From Bdellovibrionota bacterium FG-1 (GTDB lineage: Bacteria > Bdellovibrionota > UBA1018): DNA of 39,941 nucleotides. The position numbers and the translations under genes were made by a program. Position 1 is the stretch's first letter. Each line of letters opens with the position of its first letter. Below, in pieces: positions 18,067-27,574 of the stretch. The stretch is taken from assembly GCA_051382295.1 (NCBI GenBank), contig JBBCAW010000140.1, positions 1 through 39,941 of the forward strand, given 5' to 3'. Under the pieces are notes generated by a model that ran no database searches, was not told where the DNA came from, and saw only the letters and a program-made list of their open reading frames with translations.

Positions 18067-18071
18067 TATTT

Positions 18072-18629
18072 ATGCGTTTTACCGTGGCTTGGGCTCATGT
18101 CATTTCTGAAAATCTGGCGTTGAAGATTGCTCTGGGTTGTCTTTCGCTGGTTCTCGTTGGCCTCTCTATCACTGTGGTTTCACTTTCCACACGAAAACCG
18201 CTCTTAATTGAACGGGCTTGTTTCTCGCGTGCGATTGCCATCGCTAGCGGTGAACGGTCCCCTTCCGAAATCGAAGTTTTTGTGCGGGAAGCGGTTGCCA
18301 TGCGCTTTGATTCGATGGCCCAGGTTAAACCTGGCTTCCTGTCGGCGGACGAAGAAAGGTACCGTGGCCAGGAGCAATTGGACCTCAAAAAGCATGACCT
18401 TTCAGAGCGCATATTGGTCAACGCGGTGGAGATTCATGGCGAAAAGATCACGGTGGATTCTGATCGCCTGTTTAGCGTGGGGGCCGTGCGCTCGGCGCTT
18501 CCATTCCCGTTGACCCTAACCCTTGGGTCTGTCGGCCGCAGCGAAGGAAATCCTTACGGGCTCATTCTTCTCCAATCGGCGGCCCAAGTGCCGCCGCCGA
18601 ATCAACCTCAGGGAGGTGGTGGCAAATGA
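18072..18629 (+). CDS. VirB8/TraE-like bitopic protein
   Basis: N-terminal TM; C-terminal RSEGNPYGL is the VirB8-type NPxG motif. Confidence 0.75.
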   Translation: MRFTVAWAHVISENLALKIALGCLSLVLVGLSITVVSLSTRKPLLIERACFSRAIAIASGERSPSEIEVFVREAVAMRFDSMAQVKPGFLSADEERYRGQEQLDLKKHDLSERILVNAVEIHGEKITVDSDRLFSVGAVRSALPFPLTLTLGSVGRSEGNPYGLILLQSAAQVPPPNQPQGGGGK

Positions 18630-19078
18630 GATCCCCTCAAGACGTGGATTTGAATTTTTGGGCTATGTTTGTGTTCACCGCAGCATTAGTTGCGTTTCTC
18701 GCCGGAAGGGTTCAGGCTCGCGTCGCCTCTCAAAGTCAGCCGGCCGCTGTTGATGATCATTGTGTGGTGCGGCTGGATAATCGAAGTGTGGCCTATGTCG
18801 CGATTGCATCGGACGGGACCGTGCTCGAATTTCCGACCAAACCCACGAAGGTGATTTTGGGTCGTAAAGCGTCTTTCGGAATCGAGTACGTCGAATCAGA
18901 CTTGGCGATCTCGCCGTTTTCGTTATCATCGCGGTCTCACCTTTTCGTCTATCTGGAGGGGCGACGATTCACGTTTGACCTTTCGACCATCGCAAGTGGC
19001 GGCTGCTCTGTCATTGCCGTGCGCGATTCAAAAGACAATCAAGTTTCCGTGGACGGATTTTTCCGTCCCAAGAACTGA
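18626..19078 (+). CDS. Short VirB9/TraK-like periplasmic protein
   Basis: GTVLEFP...VILG...LAISP...SHLFVY...RFTFDL pattern, located between virB8 and virB10. Confidence 0.65.
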   Translation: MRSPQDVDLNFWAMFVFTAALVAFLAGRVQARVASQSQPAAVDDHCVVRLDNRSVAYVAIASDGTVLEFPTKPTKVILGRKASFGIEYVESDLAISPFSLSSRSHLFVYLEGRRFTFDLSTIASGGCSVIAVRDSKDNQVSVDGFFRPKN

Positions 19079-19096
19079 GTTCCAAGGGGTTTCACC

Positions 19097-19993
19097 ATGA
19101 ATGTTGATCCAGTCGTTGAGATCACGACCGAACCTGGGTTAAATCGGCAGTTTGGGAGACATTGGCGTTCTTACCAGAACTCCCCCTATGGAATATCCAA
19201 CTCATTGGCGATGGCTTCTGGTGTGGCGTTGGTGGTCACCGTCAGCGTCATCGTTTTCACTGGAAATCCCAAGAAAAGTCAGTCTGATCAAACCAGTAAA
19301 TTTCTTGGGATCGAAGTCCCTCGCGGACAGTCCCAAGCAGAAATGCTTATCATCCCACGGTTTGACCCCATGACTTTTCCGAGCCCCACGGCCAAAGCAA
19401 ACGCTGGCCCACGATCAGCAGTGCGTCTTTTCGGGCCTCAGGTCGTCAGTCGTCCAAGAAATGTACAGATTCCTCCTGGATCAATGGTGGAGGCTATTTT
19501 GATTTCAGGTGCGTCCGACGGACCAGTCAAGGCCGAACTCAAAGGGCCATTGATTGTTGGAGGTGAAACACTGCTTGAGGTCGGCACTGTACTCATGGGC
19601 ACCGGCCAGTCCGGCGACGATCGGCTCATGATCCATTTTCGGAAGGCGATCTTTCGAGACGGTACGATGGCAAAGATTGAGGCGCAGGCCGCAGATCACT
19701 CTGACAAAATTCCGGGAATCAGGGGTTCACATGTTGGATACCGGGCACTCAAACTCGCCGCCGGGGTGGGGCTCAGCTTTGCGGGCGGTTTGTCGCAAGG
19801 GCTTCAAGATACGCAGGGTCAAGCGGGCGCTGTGGTCGCACCGCCGTCGATGAAGAACGCACTCTTAAATGGTGCCGCCCACGCGACCCTAGAAGAGGGC
19901 CAAGAGATGATGAACGACTACAGGAACGAGAAGCCCGTTATAACTGTGGAAGCCGGGACACTCGTGACCGTGCTTTTTGTCGATAACGGCTGA
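19097..19993 (+). CDS. VirB10/TrbI-family protein
   Basis: TM and Pro-rich linker, IPPGSMVEAIL, GTVLMG, GIRG, PVITVEAGTLVTVLF. Confidence 0.9.
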   Translation: MNVDPVVEITTEPGLNRQFGRHWRSYQNSPYGISNSLAMASGVALVVTVSVIVFTGNPKKSQSDQTSKFLGIEVPRGQSQAEMLIIPRFDPMTFPSPTAKANAGPRSAVRLFGPQVVSRPRNVQIPPGSMVEAILISGASDGPVKAELKGPLIVGGETLLEVGTVLMGTGQSGDDRLMIHFRKAIFRDGTMAKIEAQAADHSDKIPGIRGSHVGYRALKLAAGVGLSFAGGLSQGLQDTQGQAGAVVAPPSMKNALLNGAAHATLEEGQEMMNDYRNEKPVITVEAGTLVTVLFVDNG

Positions 19994-20058
19994 GTGACAG
20001 CATGATTCCTAAGTCCCCGCGCCCGTTTAGGGCCCCCCTTCAGTTGAGGAGTTAATTT

Positions 20059-21621
20059 ATGGGTGATACTTCTGCGGTCCATAAAGAAGAGTGGGATTTA
20101 TCCGGCCTGGTCCGTTTGGGCATTTTCATCAAAGAATTTGGAATCGAATTTTGGAGGGGGGTTACGACAAAAACGCTGCCTTGGCCCATTTGTTGCGGCA
20201 TCGGTGTCGTTTTCTCGACAATCTTCACTCTTCGATATGACGCCTATGCATGGCGGTTTATCGGTATGGCCAAAGGTTACCCTTTTCATCCCTTATTGTA
20301 TTGGACCTATGTAACGATCTACGTCAGCAGCGGCTTCTGGATTTGGACGATAGGCCGAGTGTTCTCTCGTCGCGAACTGGTGAAAACGCTTTCCAGCGCT
20401 TTTCATAATGCGGGCCTCCTGACACGCACAGGACGGTTCCCCGGTTTTGTCTCCGACGAAAAACTCGATACCCACATGCGAAAGCTCGTGGTAACAGCCG
20501 TGGGGCTCCCAGAATCCGAGTTCAAAAAGGCCAGGCCCAGCTTAGAAGCTGCTTTACAAGTCTTTATCGATCAGATCAAGTCGCGGGTCGAGCGAGGAAC
20601 TGTCGAGCTGCTCTATGCCTACATGCCGCTTCTCGATCATATTGATTATGACCCTCTCATGAAAGTCGCCCCGTTGACATTCATGGTGGGAATGACACGA
20701 TCCAAGCCACTGCTCATCTCTTTACGAGAGGTGCCCCATATTCTGGCCGGTGGCTACACGAATTCAGGAAAGTCAGCATTTGTACGCCAATTGCTCATGA
20801 CGCTCACGTTAAATAATCCCGACGTCGAATTCACCCTCATTGATCTAAAGAGTGGGCTTGAACTGGGGATCTTTGACGGTATGCCAAACGTCAGACTCTA
20901 CATCACGCCCGCCGAGGCAATTAAAGCACTTCAGTACGTAGAGGCGCAGCTTGAAAAACGGATGGGGCTATTAAGAGCCAATCGGGCGAATGACTTTGAT
21001 GCTTTCTATCGAATCCCCGAGGAGAAACGGAAATATACGGCCGAGTGGCCTAAGGGGAAAGTCCTTGTCCGTCACGTCCTGACTATCGACGAAGCAGCTG
21101 AGCTTTTTATGGCCAGCGGAACCCTTGCAGCAAAGGATGCTCAAGTTGCGCGCCGTCTCACCGCAAAGATCGCAGCCCTAGGGCGTGCCGTTGGCATTCA
21201 TCTCATTATCGCGACCCAACGTCCTGATCGCAATGCCGTGGACCCGCTCATTAAGAGCAATCTCCAAGGACGACTCTGTTTTCAAATGTCGGACAATGCT
21301 TCGAGCATGACGATTCTGGATTCGGTTCGGGCCGCTGATCCTCCACCCACAAAAGGTCGGGCTATTTGGCGATCAGGTTTTGATCTCATCGAAGTCCAAG
21401 TACCTTGGCTCGATCGCGACGCGATGGCACTGCTTCTTGAACCCTTTAAGAAAAAGGGTGAGGCAGTTGGGTCAACTGCCAACGGGACAGACCAAAGCCA
21501 CACTCAAGTGAGTGCAGCATCCAAAATTGACGATGGCGTTGAAAAATCGACCGGCATTGTGACGACCCATAAAAAATTGGAAGTAGCATTGCTTTCTGAA
21601 GAAAACGGAGGCACTGAATGA
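20059..21621 (+). CDS. FtsK/SpoIIIE-family DNA translocase (TcpA-like coupling protein)
   Basis: N-terminal TMs, PHILAGGYTNSGKS, IDLKSGLE, IDEAAEL, GRAVGIHLIIATQRP. Confidence 0.93.
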   Translation: MGDTSAVHKEEWDLSGLVRLGIFIKEFGIEFWRGVTTKTLPWPICCGIGVVFSTIFTLRYDAYAWRFIGMAKGYPFHPLLYWTYVTIYVSSGFWIWTIGRVFSRRELVKTLSSAFHNAGLLTRTGRFPGFVSDEKLDTHMRKLVVTAVGLPESEFKKARPSLEAALQVFIDQIKSRVERGTVELLYAYMPLLDHIDYDPLMKVAPLTFMVGMTRSKPLLISLREVPHILAGGYTNSGKSAFVRQLLMTLTLNNPDVEFTLIDLKSGLELGIFDGMPNVRLYITPAEAIKALQYVEAQLEKRMGLLRANRANDFDAFYRIPEEKRKYTAEWPKGKVLVRHVLTIDEAAELFMASGTLAAKDAQVARRLTAKIAALGRAVGIHLIIATQRPDRNAVDPLIKSNLQGRLCFQMSDNASSMTILDSVRAADPPPTKGRAIWRSGFDLIEVQVPWLDRDAMALLLEPFKKKGEAVGSTANGTDQSHTQVSAASKIDDGVEKSTGIVTTHKKLEVALLSEENGGTE

Positions 21622-22592
21622 GCGAACCGATCTATCTGTCCAAAGAAATCGGCGTTCCTTTGCTTAAATTTATTTGGAAATGGAAAGTTGTATCAACAGC
21701 CGGAATCTCGCTTCGATTCCTATCTCATATGAAGTTTCCTACCGCGCCCTATGACTATTTACGAAAACTCAGGGAGGCGCATTATATCGTCTCAACGTCG
21801 GCCGGAGAACAAGGACGGGGGTATCTTTGGACTTTGGACCGTGCGGGATTTGAGGCCATTCGGCCAAGTCTGCCGGAACTCAGAGAGGTGGGTTACAAGG
21901 CCGAGTATCGTGAACACGATTGGCTCGTGAGTGCGTTTCACCTGGGTGAATGGCTTGTCCAAAGCCCCGCAGGGGTTCAGACATTTTCAGAGCAATTGCT
22001 CAGACGCCTTGAACCGGAGCATTATCCCGCCTGGGTTCCCAAAGATCGAGGCCACCGCCCGGACGGCTATTGGCACCGGATGGACAAAGGTACGATTCGC
22101 ACAATCGCCCTTGAGCTGGAACTCAATCGCAAGAAAGCCACTGCATATCAAGGTGTCGGAAGTTTTTACGGAGAGTCAGCCCAAGTCGGACGCGTGCTCT
22201 GGGTTGTGCCAGCTCTTTCTGATGCTGTGTTTATCCAGAACAATTTGAACAAGGGTCCTGGCAGTCGGTCTGACATTCATAGCTTCGTGATGCTTGACTC
22301 GTTTTTAAAAGACGGCTGGTCTGGATTGATTACTCAGGGGCCAGGAAAGGGTCTTTCAGTTGAGAGCTTTCTCTCGAAGGCACTCGGAGTTTCGCCAGAA
22401 GCTTCCGCGACGCCCACACGAATCCGTGGCGTCACGATGGCGCTTTTGAATACTCGATTGAAACGAATCCAGTCAGCACCTTACGGGCTCGGGCGCGAAG
22501 GGCAGTTTTCCAGACAGACTACCGCTAACGCTATAGTCTCCCTCGCTCCGCATGAAACCCGTCTCAACGTCAAACCGGAGGTTTCACGATGA
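21618..22592 (+). CDS. Replication-relaxation (MOBC-like, PD-(D/E)xK) putative relaxase
   Basis: N-terminal wHTH-like region, EHD, HRPDG...IALELEL..K...Y, VLWV. ATGA-coupled to the FtsK gene. Confidence 0.72.
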   Translation: MSEPIYLSKEIGVPLLKFIWKWKVVSTAGISLRFLSHMKFPTAPYDYLRKLREAHYIVSTSAGEQGRGYLWTLDRAGFEAIRPSLPELREVGYKAEYREHDWLVSAFHLGEWLVQSPAGVQTFSEQLLRRLEPEHYPAWVPKDRGHRPDGYWHRMDKGTIRTIALELELNRKKATAYQGVGSFYGESAQVGRVLWVVPALSDAVFIQNNLNKGPGSRSDIHSFVMLDSFLKDGWSGLITQGPGKGLSVESFLSKALGVSPEASATPTRIRGVTMALLNTRLKRIQSAPYGLGREGQFSRQTTANAIVSLAPHETRLNVKPEVSR

Positions 22593-22978
22593 TCCGTATC
22601 TCATGCTCTCGGGCTATTGCCCTCGTACTCCTTACGTCGTCTTGTGCAACCGCACCTCAAAGTATTCTTCTCGGTGCAAGTAGCGGCGCTGTAGTCGGTG
22701 GTGCTGCTGGTCTTGCAATCCGCCACAATGCAACCGGAACTGCGATTGGCGCAGCAACCGGCGCACTCGCGGGCGGCTTGATTGGCTGGCTTTTACATCA
22801 CGATAAACCATCGGGCCAGTCATCCAATCCCCAAGACGCGGAGAAGTATCCATTTCTCACCCGTCCCGAAGTTCGGACCCTTTGGGTACCGGACTCGGTC
22901 GAGGGCAATCGCTACATCGAAAGACATCGCGTGTTCATCATCGATAAAAATAGCTCATGGAGTAAAGACAATGACTGA
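22589..22978 (+). CDS. TraV-like lipoprotein with glycine zipper
   Basis: Lipobox LTSS-C, GAxxGA repeats, PEVRTLWVPD...HRVFII...W tail resembling TraV. Confidence 0.7.
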   Translation: MIRISCSRAIALVLLTSSCATAPQSILLGASSGAVVGGAAGLAIRHNATGTAIGAATGALAGGLIGWLLHHDKPSGQSSNPQDAEKYPFLTRPEVRTLWVPDSVEGNRYIERHRVFIIDKNSSWSKDND

Positions 22979-23459
22979 AACCTTCACTAAACCCGCCGCT
23001 GAACTCATCAAAGACACCAAGCCGAGAAATACGTTTCCAGATCGCCTTACAGTCATTCCGTCCAATCTCGAAAAGATCGGGCGGCTGGTTAACCAGCTCA
23101 CTTCGAGTTGTCCAGGCGTCGAGGTGAGTCGGAAGGACATTTTGAATTGGATCGTTGAAAAGATTCCCGAGGAGCTGAGTGCCGCCGATATCAAGGATCT
23201 TTCAGGCCGATTTTATGACGAGGAGCGATTTCTGAAGTTTGCATTAGAGGAGGTTCGGGCAGCCAAGGCGCGAGGAGAAAAGCGAACCCTTGAGGACATA
23301 TTGCAGAATATGCCCCAGGCAGGGACGGCTGTCACGCGACGCCCGCGCAAGCCGAAAATTGAAGCCCTCATCAAAAGTGAGCAGGACTTATCCGAACTTT
23401 CGCCGAAGGGTAGCGTTAAGGCCGTTTCAGGAGGTTCAGGAAATGCGCCGGCTCAATAA
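22971..23459 (+). CDS. Hypothetical protein, possibly an RHH-like relaxosome accessory factor
   Basis: ATG 22971 follows GGAG. DRLTV strand plus two helices (VSRKDILNWIVE). Confidence 0.65.
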   Translation: MTETFTKPAAELIKDTKPRNTFPDRLTVIPSNLEKIGRLVNQLTSSCPGVEVSRKDILNWIVEKIPEELSAADIKDLSGRFYDEERFLKFALEEVRAAKARGEKRTLEDILQNMPQAGTAVTRRPRKPKIEALIKSEQDLSELSPKGSVKAVSGGSGNAPAQ

Positions 23460-23826
23460 TGCGAACCATGCGATAGGATTTGAGCGGGAGCAGGTGTTGA
23501 CGGTCGCCAGTTACAAGGTACCGAGCGCGACCGGCAAGCGCGGTTTCGAGCACGAGGTTGTCCGGGTGATTATGGGGAATTACCTTGATCGTCCCCTTGG
23601 CCTCGTAAAGGTCCGCCACTTGAAGAATCCGATGGATGAGTCTCTTGGTGTTGGTGCGGCCAAAGCCAAGTTTCTCAATCAAGTTCCGCTCGATCTCTTC
23701 CAAAATTTGTTGCGAGGCGACGACTTCAAATCGCTGGTTCAGCGCTGCCGTGACAATGGCGGCTGGTGGTCCGCCAAAAAGGACGCCGCTAATCCAGACA
23801 TTGGTGTCAACACAGGTTTTAAGCAT
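23416..23826 (-). CDS. PIN-domain toxin (VapC-like)
   Basis: VDTNVWISG...ILEE...PDNLVLETA...LVTGDRQHLL. Confidence 0.93.
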   Translation of the reverse strand: MLKTCVDTNVWISGVLFGGPPAAIVTAALNQRFEVVASQQILEEIERNLIEKLGFGRTNTKRLIHRILQVADLYEAKGTIKVIPHNHPDNLVLETALAGRARYLVTGDRQHLLPLKSYRMVRIIEPAHFLNLLKRP

Positions 23827-23836
23827 GACTTGAGGA

Positions 23837-24106
23837 TTACCGGCGACTCGCCCGTTTAGGTTCCCGCTTCATCTCTAGCCGGGTTTCTTGAGCGAGGCGA
23901 ATCACATCTTCCGGGTTAAGTTTGCGCTTTTTGACAACTTTACGGCCCTCAGCTCTAACCAGTGCCAAGTCGCGGCTAGTCATGTACTGGCGAAACGCTT
24001 CGCGGAGCACTTCGGAAACAGTCCTGCGCTCGTTTTTGGCGATCTTTAAAACTTCCTTTTCCATGTCAGGCGGCAGGGACAGTGAAATGACTTTAGCTGT
24101 TCTCAT
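23837..24106 (-). CDS. CopG/RHH antitoxin
   Basis: VISLSLPP...AKNERRTVSEVLREAFRQY. ATG 24106 follows GGAGAG. Confidence 0.9.
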   Translation of the reverse strand: MRTAKVISLSLPPDMEKEVLKIAKNERRTVSEVLREAFRQYMTSRDLALVRAEGRKVVKKRKLNPEDVIRLAQETRLEMKREPKRASRR

Positions 24107-24130
24107 AATAAAAACTCTCCGTTCATAACA

Positions 24131-24160
24131 ATCATAACAGTAATAACCATTTTCTGTCAA
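24131..24160 (-). promoter_or_regulatory. Sigma-70 promoter of the RHH-PIN operon with overlapping direct repeats
   Basis: TTGACA-18-TATGAT with extended TG. TCATAACA/TCATAACA/TAATAAC repeats at 24123-24147 are the likely operator. Confidence 0.7.
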
Positions 24161-24243
24161 GTATCACAGTCCCACGGCAACTACCCTAAGAAGAGCTTCC
24201 GCCGCCAACCTCTGGCGCTTTTCCAGAAATGGGGATATAGAGG

Positions 24244-24477
24244 ATGAACCAAGCACGAATTGCTTTAACAACGGATGCTGTGCTCTTTGATAAATTAAAG
24301 TTTTTAACCTCGAAAGAGGCCGCGTTTTTGCTGCGGACGTCGGAAGGCCAGATTCGTAATCTGGTCTGGAGCGGAAGGCTTAGGGCCCTTCGCTACGGAA
24401 ACCGACTCCGCTTTCTCAGGTCTGACGTGGAAAAAGTCCTGAAGCCTACCTTTGAAGGAGGCAGTTATGGGAGTTAA
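24244..24477 (+). CDS. xis: Excisionase-family HTH protein
   Basis: FLTSKEAAFLLRTSEGQIRNLVWSGRLRALRYGNRLRFLRSDV; overlaps the integrase start. Confidence 0.88.
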   Translation: MNQARIALTTDAVLFDKLKFLTSKEAAFLLRTSEGQIRNLVWSGRLRALRYGNRLRFLRSDVEKVLKPTFEGGSYGS

Positions 24478-25621
24478 GTCTTACGTTGGAAAAAATGGTG
24501 AAACGCTTTGGCAGGTATTTGCATATGCGCGCGGACAAATGAATTCTGGGATCAAGGTCGAAAAGACCAAGACCGGATTCGCCAATGAGCGAGAAGCTCA
24601 GCGCATGTTCAAAGAACTCCAAAGGGAGTGCGAACGCGATGTCCTCAACAGAGAATCGCAAGGCTCGTCGTGGGGCGCAGTACTGGAGGCATGGTCAAAG
24701 AGCTTGCAAAACGAAAAGCTCGAAGATGCTACCCGGGTCGATTATATCGCCGCCGCTTACAACTATACTGCGAATTGGATCAAGCGACCGGCCGCCGACA
24801 TCACGTCGGTGGATGTTCGGGAACTTTTCACCCAACTCAAGGCACAGGGCCGGACGTATGAATTCATCAAGCGGATGAAAAACATGCTCAACCGGATTTT
24901 CCTGTTTGGTATGGAGCGGAGGCTCATCAAAGGTGCGGGGGATCGAACCCCGGTCTTTGGTGTTCAGATCGGTAGACCCGAGGAGAAGAAACCGGAGATC
25001 CTGACAATCGTGGAGATCCGGCACCTGCTCCAAGCAGCTCGGCAGTTGAACAGTGAGTGGTATTTTCACTGGTCTCTGGCCCTGCTCACCGGCATGCGAA
25101 ACGGCGAACTTTATGCGCTTCTCTGGACTGATGTGGATTTCGAAAGTAACACCATTTTGGTCAATAAAACCTACGATAGCCGCTTCAATGTCATCAAAGA
25201 CAAAACCAAGGGCGGCTATTGGCGAGTGGTTCCAATTTCAAAACAGTTACGAACGACCCTACTTGAGTTGAAGTCTCAAGCTAACGGACGCCCAACTGTT
25301 CTCCCCCGGCCACGCGAGTGGCAACGAGGGAGCCAGGCACAAGAACTGCGGAAGTTCTGCCTCGGAATCGGAATCCCCTCGGTACGGTTTCATACGTTGC
25401 GAGCTTGCTTCGCAACACAGTTGATCAGAAGTGGGGTGCCACCCATCCAGATTCAAAAGGTCTGTGGGTGGAAGGATCTCAAAACCATGCAACGCTATAT
25501 TCGTATGGCGGGGATTGAGATCGATGGGGCCACCGAAGCGCTGGACCTGCTGCCTGAATCGGCCATCATGGCCAGGGCAGCGGACCAGCTCGATGGCCCC
25601 GAAACCGCATCAGTCGAATAG
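24467..25621 (+). CDS. int: Tyrosine recombinase/integrase
   Basis: TGMRNGE (R), TK (K), FHTLR (HxxR), CGW (W), TMQRY (Y). SD AAGGAGG. Confidence 0.96.
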   Translation: MGVKSYVGKNGETLWQVFAYARGQMNSGIKVEKTKTGFANEREAQRMFKELQRECERDVLNRESQGSSWGAVLEAWSKSLQNEKLEDATRVDYIAAAYNYTANWIKRPAADITSVDVRELFTQLKAQGRTYEFIKRMKNMLNRIFLFGMERRLIKGAGDRTPVFGVQIGRPEEKKPEILTIVEIRHLLQAARQLNSEWYFHWSLALLTGMRNGELYALLWTDVDFESNTILVNKTYDSRFNVIKDKTKGGYWRVVPISKQLRTTLLELKSQANGRPTVLPRPREWQRGSQAQELRKFCLGIGIPSVRFHTLRACFATQLIRSGVPPIQIQKVCGWKDLKTMQRYIRMAGIEIDGATEALDLLPESAIMARAADQLDGPETASVE

Positions 25622-25767
25622 CAAGTGATGCTGCGACAAGTTAATTTGAGCTTGTCGGAGTTTTGTCTGAGTGTAGAGGTGAAACCTTTGATTTACGGTG
25701 GGTTAAGTCGATTTGCGACGTACCGACCAGATGCTAAACTCCCCAGCTCCCGAACCGATAAGACAAG

Positions 25768-26040
25768 GTGAACGTTCGACGCCCTTTTTATGCAATCGCA
25801 CTCCTCCTCGTCCTTGGGACGGCGATGGCTCGCGCGGAAATCGACGCCCCGCTGGTGCACCTCGAAAAAGTCGCCACCGATTTTGCAAAAACCGTGGTGA
25901 GCAAAGTCAAAACTGCGCGGGTGCTCGTGGCCGACTACGAACTTCTCAAAAGAGATTTTCCCGAACTCCGCCGTTATGGCTCTAACGAAACCGCCAAGAT
26001 CGATGAGTGGCTCTTGACCCACGCAGGCTACATTGCCACT
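25768..26040 (+). pseudogene. 5' fragment of an exported protein gene, possibly SelO/MchC-like, apparently truncated
   Basis: Signal peptide then ARVLVADYELLKRDFPEL...IDEWLL..AGYI. Beyond ~26040 the frame runs through tRNA-like and transposase-leader DNA. Confidence 0.45.
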
Positions 26041-26041
26041 T

Positions 26042-26066
26042 TGGTGGACCTTTGTGGGATCGAACC
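26042..26066 (-). other. Orphan tRNA/tmRNA 3'-end fragment (att-like junction)
   Basis: Minus strand GGTTCGATCCCACAAAGGTCCACCA gives T-loop, 3' T-stem, acceptor strand and CCA. No 5' half found. Confidence 0.65.
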
Positions 26067-26218
26067 CCTGTCATCTTTATTGCCATGGGGGTCGCCAATG
26101 AGTGTAGTTCTTCACGTAATCAAAAAAATCCATATCATTTCAAATGGATACGCTCCGTTCGATCTTACGGTAAAAACGACCCCCGGTTTGACGAAATTTC
26201 GGCAGAGTAACTGAAGCC

Positions 26219-27574
26219 ATGAAACCAAATGGCAAACGTAGAGCGTCATGCAAACGCGGCAATTATCGTGAACATGACCCGTGGGTAAAAGACTTGGTCG
26301 CCCTGAGCGGAAAATGGAACCTTTTTCCAGATTCAGAGATCCCGCGTACTACCGCTCAATCCTGGATTAAAAAGGGATACCAGGGGCTCGACGCGAAGCT
26401 TCAATCCTTTGCTGAGCATTACTTGGATATGGATCGACAGCTTGCGCAATTGAAAAATAATGAGTTCCTTTTCAATGCCCGGATCAAGCTCATCACCGAA
26501 GCACAAGGGGCTTTTGGTGTTGAGATGAACACTAAAAAAATCCACTCTAAGAAAATCCGCGCAAAGATCCTTTCGTTGATCGAGCAGGCCATCCGAGACA
26601 AGGTTCCGCGGGCCGTTTGCCTATCGACACTGGGGCTCAGCCTATCACGCTATAAACGTTGGCGGCGTGAAGATAAAAGATGCCTGGCTACGCCCACTCG
26701 AACCTGCATGAAGCTCAGTGCATCAGCCCTGACACCAAAAGAAATATATACGATGCGCTACTATGTTACCTCAAAAAATTTCGCCCATTTTCCGATCAAG
26801 TCTCTTTGTTACTTTGCGAAGAGGCAAAAAAAATTATCATGCGCCTATTCGACCTGGTTGAAATATGTCAATGCATTGAATTGGAGACGGCCAAATCAGA
26901 AGCCAAAAAAAATCAGGCGAAAGAGAGGTGTTCGCGCCGCTCGTGCAAACGAAATCTGGCACCTGGATGTGAGTGTCATTGTATTGCCTGATCAAAGCAA
27001 AGTTTATATTCAGGCGGTTTTGGATAATTATTCACGATATGTCCTGGCGTGGAATGTCAGCAGAGAAAATAAAGGTATCAAAACGACTAAGCTGCTCATC
27101 AAGGCACTTCGGCAAAGTTATGCAGTACGTGGATTGAAAGTTCCTAATACTTACGTCGACGGCGGTACTGAAAATAACAATGAAGACGTGGAGACCCTCG
27201 TTCATTTGAAGTTGATTCAAAAAACAATTGCCCAAGTAGAGGTCGTTTTTTCAAACTCGATGATTGAACGCTTATTCCTCTCGCTAAAACACAATCACCT
27301 TTATCACCGGCCTCTACGCAATGTTAAAGGGGTTAAGCGGGAGGTCGACTTTTACCTTTCGGAGCATAACAACCGCATGCCGCACAGTGCGTTCACCGGT
27401 GAGACACCAAAAGAACGTTACCTCAATATGTGGGGTGATACCCATCGGCTCCAACTTAAAATTCATCATGAAGCGGCGAGGAAGCTTAGACTCACAGACA
27501 ACAAGCTCATTTTTTGCCAGGAATGTGGGCCAACTCCGGCCGACCGCAGATCAGATCAAGATCTTGTCCAATAA
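26219..27574 (+). CDS. DDE (rve) integrase/transposase, IS3/IS481-like
   Basis: NEIWHLD...VLDNYSRYVLAW...VDGGTEN...NSMIERLFLSLK...HNNRMPHSAF.GETP. Confidence 0.93.
   Translation: MKPNGKRRASCKRGNYREHDPWVKDLVALSGKWNLFPDSEIPRTTAQSWIKKGYQGLDAKLQSFAEHYLDMDRQLAQLKNNEFLFNARIKLITEAQGAFGVEMNTKKIHSKKIRAKILSLIEQAIRDKVPRAVCLSTLGLSLSRYKRWRREDKRCLATPTRTCMKLSASALTPKEIYTMRYYVTSKNFAHFPIKSLCYFAKRQKKLSCAYSTWLKYVNALNWRRPNQKPKKIRRKRGVRAARANEIWHLDVSVIVLPDQSKVYIQAVLDNYSRYVLAWNVSRENKGIKTTKLLIKALRQSYAVRGLKVPNTYVDGGTENNNEDVETLVHLKLIQKTIAQVEVVFSNSMIERLFLSLKHNHLYHRPLRNVKGVKREVDFYLSEHNNRMPHSAFTGETPKERYLNMWGDTHRLQLKIHHEAARKLRLTDNKLIFCQECGPTPADRRSDQDLVQ

Larger units (their letters stand above)
5401..25702. mobile_element. 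Integrative conjugative element (~20.3 kb), boundaries tentative
   Basis: T4SS genes, FtsK translocase, relaxase-like gene, xis and tyrosine integrase. A direct repeat TTACGGTGGG at 5401-5410 and 25693-25702 (72 bp past int) is the candidate att core. Confidence 0.75.

Noticed and set aside
23290..23859. 189-aa plus-strand ORF
   Set aside because: Antisense shadow of the PIN toxin gene.
26042..26120. Intact tRNA or tmRNA gene
   Set aside because: T-stem does not pair (AGGGG/CCACA); no D or anticodon arms and no 5' acceptor strand.
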